Source of the DNA: Armatimonadota bacterium
GTDB lineage: Bacteria > Armatimonadota > SYMT01
NCBI GenBank assembly: GCA_046292385.1
Contig: JBKBRF010000034.1
Span: forward strand, 14,179 to 78,178
Reading direction: 5' to 3'
DNA: 64,000 bases
The notes under the pieces were generated by a model that made no database searches, was not told the origin of the DNA, and saw only the letters and a program-made list of their open reading frames with translations. The position numbers were made by a program, and so were the translations under genes. Shown here in pieces: positions 58,358-64,000 of this stretch (position 1 is the stretch's first letter; every line of letters starts with the position of its first letter).

Positions 58358-59746
58358 ATGGATCCCTGGAGCCACCAAGAGCCCTCGATCGCCCGGCTGC
58401 TTCGGGAGTTGTCGGCGGACGATCCAGCCCGGCGCAAGGCGGCGGTAGAACGGCTGGTGAGGTGCGGGGAGGCCGCGGTGGAGGACCTCTGCGCGGTCCT
58501 GGAAAGCGGCACGGAGCCCGCGAAGCTCGCCGCCTGCGACGCGCTGGAGCGGCTGCGGTCTAGAAAGTCCGCCCCCTGGCTCGGCGAGGCGGTGAGATCC
58601 GGGTCGCCGGCCGTCAGCCGGGCCGCGTTCCGCGCCCTGGCGTCGCTCCAGCCACGCGACGGCGCGGAGGAGCTTCGGGCGCTGGCCGAGAGCCACTGTG
58701 AGCTCGCGATCGAGGCTGCCGAGCTCCTGGCCTGCCGCGAGGACCCGGAGGCGCTCTCAATCCTGCGCGTGCGGCTGATGCGGATCAATGAGCCGCAGCC
58801 GCGCGTCGTCGCCGCACTCGGAGGGCTCGGCGACAGGAGGGCGCTCCCGCTGATTCAGCGCATCCTGGATGAGGGCTCGTCGGAGATGCAGATCGCCGCC
58901 GCAAACGCGCTGGCCCAGTTCGGCGATGTCCGCACCGCGCCCACTCTCTGGCTGCCGCCCGTGGAGCCGCTCACCTCCGAAGTGCGCGAAGCTCGTCTCG
59001 AGGCGCTGATATTGCTCGGAATGCGGAACCCCGAGGCGTTTATCCGGCTCTGGTCGCTCGCCGCGGGAGATCTGGAGCTCGCGGACGAGGCGCTGGCGCG
59101 GATCGGAGCTCCCGCCCTGAATCGGCTCGAAACTCTGCTGCGTACCCCGAATCCGGCGCTGCAGTGCAGAACTGCCCGCGTTTTCGGGATGAGCAGCCCC
59201 AATCCGAGCGCTCTCCTACAGGCCCTGAACGATCCGGACGATGACGTGAAGGTGGAGGTGGCGCTGGCGCTGGCGAGATACCGCGAAGAACGCGTCACGC
59301 GAGCTCTCTTTCGCGTGCTCGAGGGGGACGAGCCGGGCAGGGTCAAAGCGAGTGCAGCCATCGTGCTGGCGGAGCAGGGCCAGTTGGACGCGGAAGTATT
59401 CACGGCGGCGGCGGACGGCCTCACGCAGGAGCGGCGCATTCGGGAGCGGGCGGCGCTCGCCATCGCCCGGATCGCGGAATCGGGAGCGCGGGTCGATCTG
59501 CGGCCGGCGGTCCGGAAGCTCAGGAGCCTGACCCGGCCGTGGACACTCCTCCCCGCCGAGGAAAAGGCAGTCTACCGGGGCGCGCTGCGGCGGATCGAGG
59601 CGGCAGGCGACCGCCTGACCGACCTGCCGCTACCGTCCCAGCGGCCGCCCGTCGACGCCAGCGCGCTCCCCCGGCCGGCCGGATCGGCGCCGCTCTCGCC
59701 GGAACTGCTGCCGCGGCCGGCGGGCGACCCGGAGGGAGACCGGTAG
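58358..59746 (+). CDS. HEAT-repeat protein 5 of 8
   Basis: ALGGLGDRRALP, DPDDDVKVEVALAL; tail DLPLP-ALPRP-LLPRP. Confidence 0.85.
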   Translation: MDPWSHQEPSIARLLRELSADDPARRKAAVERLVRCGEAAVEDLCAVLESGTEPAKLAACDALERLRSRKSAPWLGEAVRSGSPAVSRAAFRALASLQPRDGAEELRALAESHCELAIEAAELLACREDPEALSILRVRLMRINEPQPRVVAALGGLGDRRALPLIQRILDEGSSEMQIAAANALAQFGDVRTAPTLWLPPVEPLTSEVREARLEALILLGMRNPEAFIRLWSLAAGDLELADEALARIGAPALNRLETLLRTPNPALQCRTARVFGMSSPNPSALLQALNDPDDDVKVEVALALARYREERVTRALFRVLEGDEPGRVKASAAIVLAEQGQLDAEVFTAAADGLTQERRIRERAALAIARIAESGARVDLRPAVRKLRSLTRPWTLLPAEEKAVYRGALRRIEAAGDRLTDLPLPSQRPPVDASALPRPAGSAPLSPELLPRPAGDPEGDR

Positions 59747-59749
59747 GAC

Positions 59750-60811
59750 ATGGACCCGGTTGGCGACGGAAGAAAGAGATCGCTCGGAGGCGATCCGGAG
59801 ACAGGTCAGCCGCCCGACGCGCGGGCACGCTCCGCGATAGGGGAGCCGGCAGGGCGCGGCCGTGCCGCCATCCCCGCGCTCTGTGAGCAGCTCGCGAAGG
59901 GCCAACCGACGGAGCAGGCCGCGGCGGCACGCGCGCTCGGGCGGCTCCGGGATCTGCGCGCCGTCGCCCCGCTGCTGCACGCGCCGTCCGGCAGCGCCGG
60001 TGCGCCGCTTCGGGAGGCCTGCATCGAGGCGCTCGCGCGGATCGGGGCTCCAGCGGTCCCGCTGCTGGCCCGGGCGCTCGCCTTCGACGCTGAAGAGGTC
60101 GCCTCCTCCGCCCTCGTACGGATCGGAAGCCCGGCCGCCGGCGCTCTGCTCGACGCGCTCTACTCCTCCGATCGCGCGGTCCGGACGAGTGCGGTGCGGA
60201 TCCTCGCCGCCATCGGCACTGAGGAGGCGGGCGCGGTGCTCGCGCGGGTGCTCGGCGACCCGGAGCGGAAGCGGCGAATCGACGTCGCCACCCGGATTGA
60301 CCTCGCGCTCGCGCTCGGCACCGTCATCCCGGGGTCCGGCTCCCAGGCGCTCACGCAGGTGATGCGGGATGCGGACGAACACCCGCTCGTGCGGGCGTGT
60401 GCCGCCATCGCTCTCTGCGAACGGGGCGATTCGGAGGCGGAACGGATCCAGTTAGCAGTGGGAGGGCTCCACGGCAATCACCGCATCCGGAAACGCGCCG
60501 CAGCCGTGCTGGCGTGCTGCGCGCGGGAGCGCCCGTGGCGGGAGCTCGACCTCGCGGTCCCCCTGGTGCGCCGGCTAGCGCGGTCGCGCGAGCTGCCGCA
60601 AGCGGAGACCGCCGCCTACCGGGAGACGCTCGTCCTCGTGGAGACGGCACTGGAGAGAATGGCGACCCTGCCGGTACCGGCGGGGGTTTCGACGGAGCTG
60701 CGCAGCCTGCCGCAGCCCGCCGAAGCCCCTTTCGCCGCGGCAGGCCTACCCCGGCCCGCTATCACGTCCGCAGCTCATCCGGCGGAGGCCGATCCCCATG
60801 GCGACCTCTGA
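59750..60811 (+). CDS. HEAT-repeat protein 6 of 8 (shorter, eroded N-terminus)
   Basis: AARALGRLRDLRAV.PL, AVRTSAVRILAAIG; tail TLPVP-SLPQP-GLPRP. Confidence 0.8.
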   Translation: MDPVGDGRKRSLGGDPETGQPPDARARSAIGEPAGRGRAAIPALCEQLAKGQPTEQAAAARALGRLRDLRAVAPLLHAPSGSAGAPLREACIEALARIGAPAVPLLARALAFDAEEVASSALVRIGSPAAGALLDALYSSDRAVRTSAVRILAAIGTEEAGAVLARVLGDPERKRRIDVATRIDLALALGTVIPGSGSQALTQVMRDADEHPLVRACAAIALCERGDSEAERIQLAVGGLHGNHRIRKRAAAVLACCARERPWRELDLAVPLVRRLARSRELPQAETAAYRETLVLVETALERMATLPVPAGVSTELRSLPQPAEAPFAAAGLPRPAITSAAHPAEADPHGDL

Positions 60812-62210
60812 CGACGCAGCCGATCCGGGCGCGCCCATCGACGAGGCGATCGATCAGCTCAACGCGTTCGATCCGCAGCTCCGGAGCGCCGCAATCGAGC
60901 GGCTGGTCCGGTCCGGCCACGCGGCGGTCCCGGCGCTCTGCCGCGCGCTGGTAACGGCGCCGGATGTCGCGCGCGTCGCCATCTGCCAGGTGCTCGGCAC
61001 GCTGCAGGCGCCCGAGGCGGCGACCGCGCTCTGTGAGGCGGTAACCGAAGGCTCCTCGGAAGTACGACGGGCGGCACTGGCAGCCCTCGCGGCGCTCCCT
61101 CCGGAACGGGTGGCTCACCCGCTGCGGGAGCTGGCCGGGAGTGGGGGAGAGGCCGGGCTCGCGGCCGCGGAGCTGCTGGCGGAGCTGCACGACTTCGGCG
61201 CGCTGCCCATCCTGCAGCAGATGCTGCTGTTTTCCGGCTGGCAGGTACACCGGGTGCGGGTCATCCGCGCCCTCGGACGGCTGGGCGATCCGCGCGCGTT
61301 CTCCACCCTCTGTGAGCTCCTCGAGGGGCCGTCCGCGGACGAAGCGCTGGCGGCGATCCGCGCGCTCCAGGATCTGGGAGATCCGCGCGCCGTCGAGCCG
61401 CTCTGGCTGCTGGGCGGACCGAATGAACGCGATAGTCTCCGGCAAGCCCGGATCGAGGCGATGGCCAGCTTCGGCAGCAGCGCCGTACCGGGGCTGGTCG
61501 GCCTGCTGCAAAACGACGACGGGAAGGCGGAAGCGGCGCTCGTCCGGATCGGCGAGGCGGCGATCGCGCCGCTCATCGACGCGCTGCCGCACCTCGGCGC
61601 CGCCGCCTGCACCCGGGCCATCTGGGTCCTTGGGGGGCTGAAGGCGGCCGAAGCCGGCCCGGCGCTCGCGTTCGCGCTCGGGGACTCGATCGCGGCGGTG
61701 CGGGAAGGCGCGGCACTCGCGCTCGCGGAGATCGAGACTCCCTGCGGCACGGAGCAGCTGCGGCGGATCGTAGAAAACGAGGCGGAGAGCGACCCGGTGC
61801 GCTCCGCCGCCGCCTTCGCGCTGGCCCGCCGCGGGGTCGAGCACCCGGCTCTGGAGGCGGCACTCACCCGCGGGCTGCACCTCCAGGACGCCGAGAGCCG
61901 GCAGCGAGCAGCCGAGGGACTACTGCAGCTGGCGAACACGCGGCCGAACGTCGCGCTGCGCCTCTGCATCAAGCGGCTGCGCAGTCTCTCCCGCGCCTGG
62001 ACGCTGCCGGAGGAGGAGAAGCGGACTTACCGCACGGCACTCCGGGGCATCGAGCAGGCGACCCGGCACCTTGCGAGCCTGCCGCTGCCGGCCGAGCGTG
62101 GTGGGGGAGACCAGTCTAGCCTGCCCCGGCCCGGCGGACGACCCGCGCTGGACCCGGAGCGGCTCCCGCGGCCCGGACCGGCTGCGACAGACGGAGAAGC
62201 GACCGAATGA
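60798..62210 (+). CDS. HEAT-repeat protein 7 of 8
   Basis: EVRRAALAAL, ALGRLGDPRA, AVREGAALAL; tail SLPLP-SLPRP-RLPRP. Confidence 0.85.
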   Translation: MATSDDAADPGAPIDEAIDQLNAFDPQLRSAAIERLVRSGHAAVPALCRALVTAPDVARVAICQVLGTLQAPEAATALCEAVTEGSSEVRRAALAALAALPPERVAHPLRELAGSGGEAGLAAAELLAELHDFGALPILQQMLLFSGWQVHRVRVIRALGRLGDPRAFSTLCELLEGPSADEALAAIRALQDLGDPRAVEPLWLLGGPNERDSLRQARIEAMASFGSSAVPGLVGLLQNDDGKAEAALVRIGEAAIAPLIDALPHLGAAACTRAIWVLGGLKAAEAGPALAFALGDSIAAVREGAALALAEIETPCGTEQLRRIVENEAESDPVRSAAAFALARRGVEHPALEAALTRGLHLQDAESRQRAAEGLLQLANTRPNVALRLCIKRLRSLSRAWTLPEEEKRTYRTALRGIEQATRHLASLPLPAERGGGDQSSLPRPGGRPALDPERLPRPGPAATDGEATE

Positions 62211-63631
62211 AAAAGAGTAGGAAGGAGCCGTCCCTGGAGGAGCGGATCGAGGAGAGCACCGGCCACCTGCGGATCTGGGACGCGCGGATCCGGGACCGGG
62301 CGATTGCGGAGCTGATTCGCTGCGGCGAGGCGGCGGTCCCCGCTCTCTGCGGCGTGCTGGAGACCGAGTTCGAAGTTGCGCGCATCGCGGCGTGCCGGGC
62401 GCTGCAGACGCTCCGAGCACCGCAGTCGGTCCGCTGGCTCTGCCGCACGGCCCTCGACCCCTCGCAAGACGTGGCCCTGGCCGCGGTGGCGGCCCTGCGC
62501 GCGCTCCGCTCACCGGATTCAGTTTATACCCTCTGCGAGCTGGCGCGCCGGGGAGGGGAGACGGGCCTGCTCGCGGTCGAGGCGCTCGGGAGCATCGGCG
62601 ATCCTTCGGCGACGCCGGCCGTCCTGCAGATGATGCGCTCGCTGCTCCTCGGCGGGAGGGAGCGGGTCATCCGGGTGCTGGGGCAGCTTCGCGACCCGCG
62701 CGCGACGCTGCCGTTGTGTGAAATGCTGGAGCAGGGTTCACACGCAGAGCGGGTGGCGGCGGCGGAGGCGCTGGGGGAGATCGGAGACGCGCGCGCCGTC
62801 GCCCCGCTCTGCCAGTTCCTGGCCTACCCCGTTCCGACGGAAATCCGACACGCGCGCCTGCGGGCCGTGATCAAGATCGGCGCCCTCGGCGCGGAGCCGC
62901 TGGCCCGCCTCCTCGCGTACGACGACGGCACCGCCGACCTCGCGGAGCAAGCGCTGAAGGAGCTGGGGCCGGCCGCGGCGGGCGCACTGGCGGAGATGCT
63001 CGGCGCCCCCAGCTCCGAGGGGCGCCGGCGCGCCGCGGCCTTGCTCGGCGCGGCGGCAGTGCCCGACTACGCTCCGGACCTGGTCCGGGCTCTTTCCGAT
63101 CCGAATGCAGCAGTCCGGCAGGAGGCGGCACTCGCCCTCGGCCCGCTGGCCCTCCCACCCGTCAGGGCGGCGCTGCGCTCGGCGCACGCGCAGGAGAAGG
63201 AAGCGGAGCAGGTACGCGCATGCGCGGGCGTTTCCTTAGCTGAGCACGGCGACGGGAGCGCGGAGGTAATCGCCTCACTCGTGGAGGCGCTGCACCTGGA
63301 GCGGCGGATCCGCGAGCGCGCCGCCCGGGGGCTGGGCCGCCTCGCGGAGACCGAGCCGTCGCTGGCGCTGCGGGGAGCGGTCCGACGCCTGCGCAGCCTC
63401 TCCCGCGCGTGGACCCTGCCGCGCGAAGAGAAGGAGATCTACCGCCGCGCCCTCGCGCAGGTGGAGGCGGCCACCGCGAACCGCCGCGACCTGCCGATCC
63501 CCTCCGAGAGGGGACGCGGGCGCCCGGACGACCTGCCCCGGCCCGCCCAGCCCCCGCAAAACGGCGACGATCTGCCCGTCCCGGCGGAGAGCCGAAAAGC
63601 ACCTGTTGACTCCGGCGGAGGCGTTCAGTAA
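62207..63631 (+). CDS. HEAT-repeat protein 8 of 8
   Basis: RVAAAEALGEIGDARAV, DPNAAVRQEAALALG; tail DLPIP-DLPRP-DLPVP. Confidence 0.85.
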   Translation: MKKSRKEPSLEERIEESTGHLRIWDARIRDRAIAELIRCGEAAVPALCGVLETEFEVARIAACRALQTLRAPQSVRWLCRTALDPSQDVALAAVAALRALRSPDSVYTLCELARRGGETGLLAVEALGSIGDPSATPAVLQMMRSLLLGGRERVIRVLGQLRDPRATLPLCEMLEQGSHAERVAAAEALGEIGDARAVAPLCQFLAYPVPTEIRHARLRAVIKIGALGAEPLARLLAYDDGTADLAEQALKELGPAAAGALAEMLGAPSSEGRRRAAALLGAAAVPDYAPDLVRALSDPNAAVRQEAALALGPLALPPVRAALRSAHAQEKEAEQVRACAGVSLAEHGDGSAEVIASLVEALHLERRIRERAARGLGRLAETEPSLALRGAVRRLRSLSRAWTLPREEKEIYRRALAQVEAATANRRDLPIPSERGRGRPDDLPRPAQPPQNGDDLPVPAESRKAPVDSGGGVQ

Positions 63632-63732
63632 GATACGCGAGCCAGCCGAAACGGACCGCCCGAGCGGCGCTCGAGAGAGCATTGCCCCGCGGTCTGCCGG
63701 AAGAGAGCAGCGAACGAATGTTCGCAAAAGGC

Positions 63733-63761
63733 TTGACTCCAGACGGCCGGTTTGATAAGCT
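63733..63761 (+). promoter_or_regulatory. Sigma70-type promoter P1 (rrn-like)
   Basis: TTGACT-17 bp-TAAGCT with TG extended -10 and an A-tract upstream. Confidence 0.65.
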
Positions 63762-63846
63762 TACAGCACGCTCCCGGGGACAACCCCGAGAGCGCAGCCC
63801 CCGGTCGGAAACGGCCGCCGCGGAAACCGGAGCGAAAAACTCCCGA

Positions 63847-63875
63847 TTGACAGCGGCGCGCGGGACTGGTAAGCT
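63847..63875 (+). promoter_or_regulatory. Sigma70-type promoter P2 (rrn-like)
   Basis: TTGACA-17 bp-TAAGCT with TG extended -10, 114 bp after P1. Confidence 0.7.
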
Positions 63876-64000
63876 GATGGAGCGCTCGGGAATGGCCCGG
63901 ACGGCGGAGACGCCCCGGAGCCAGGACGAGCTTGAGAATTGCAGACCGGCTAGAGAGCCTCCGCGCTGTAGGGAAACCGAGTGGAGCCCGTCCCGTAGAG

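Noticed and set aside
53157..63631. Phycobilin lyase (CpcE/F) or sortase-substrate interpretation of the HEAT genes
   Set aside because: No phycobiliprotein genes nearby, and the tails lack LPxTG, a TM helix and a basic end. PBS-lyase-type repeats are generic.

Overview
High-GC bacterial chromosomal window, with no intact transposase, integrase, tRNA or CRISPR array seen. The lineage cannot be proven from sequence alone; Planctomycete-type DUF1549/DUF1553-DUF1501 genes and HEAT proteins with Pro-rich tails suggest Armatimonadota or a similar soil lineage (inference). (1) 1-23 kb is a patchy accessory region: small hypotheticals, several toxin-antitoxin-like pairs, gene fragments, three single-base frameshifts, an AT-richer GNAT plus ATP-grasp cassette, a duplicated and decayed Cx5R phosphatase, and a secreted Phe/Asn/Arg-rich repeat protein. 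(2) 23-39 kb is a general-stress block: Zn-dehydrogenase, SRPBCC, LigC plus LigD polymerase domain, circularly permuted ATP-grasp/alpha-E/transglutaminase with a poly-Q tail, catalase HPII, cupredoxin and two GH-A-like proteins. (3) 39-51 kb holds DUF1549/1553-DUF1501-WD40, an EamA transporter, an APC permease, a four-helix-bundle gene framed by a perfect 24-bp inverted repeat, moeA and an SLT-like protein. (4) 51.6-63.6 kb is the most striking feature: a tightly packed 12-kb operon of one atypical, lid-less Hsp70 followed by eight tandem, diverged HEAT-repeat paralogues, each ending in the same triple L-P-x-P tail. The window ends in tandem sigma70-type promoters and a boxA-like element, resembling an rRNA operon leader.
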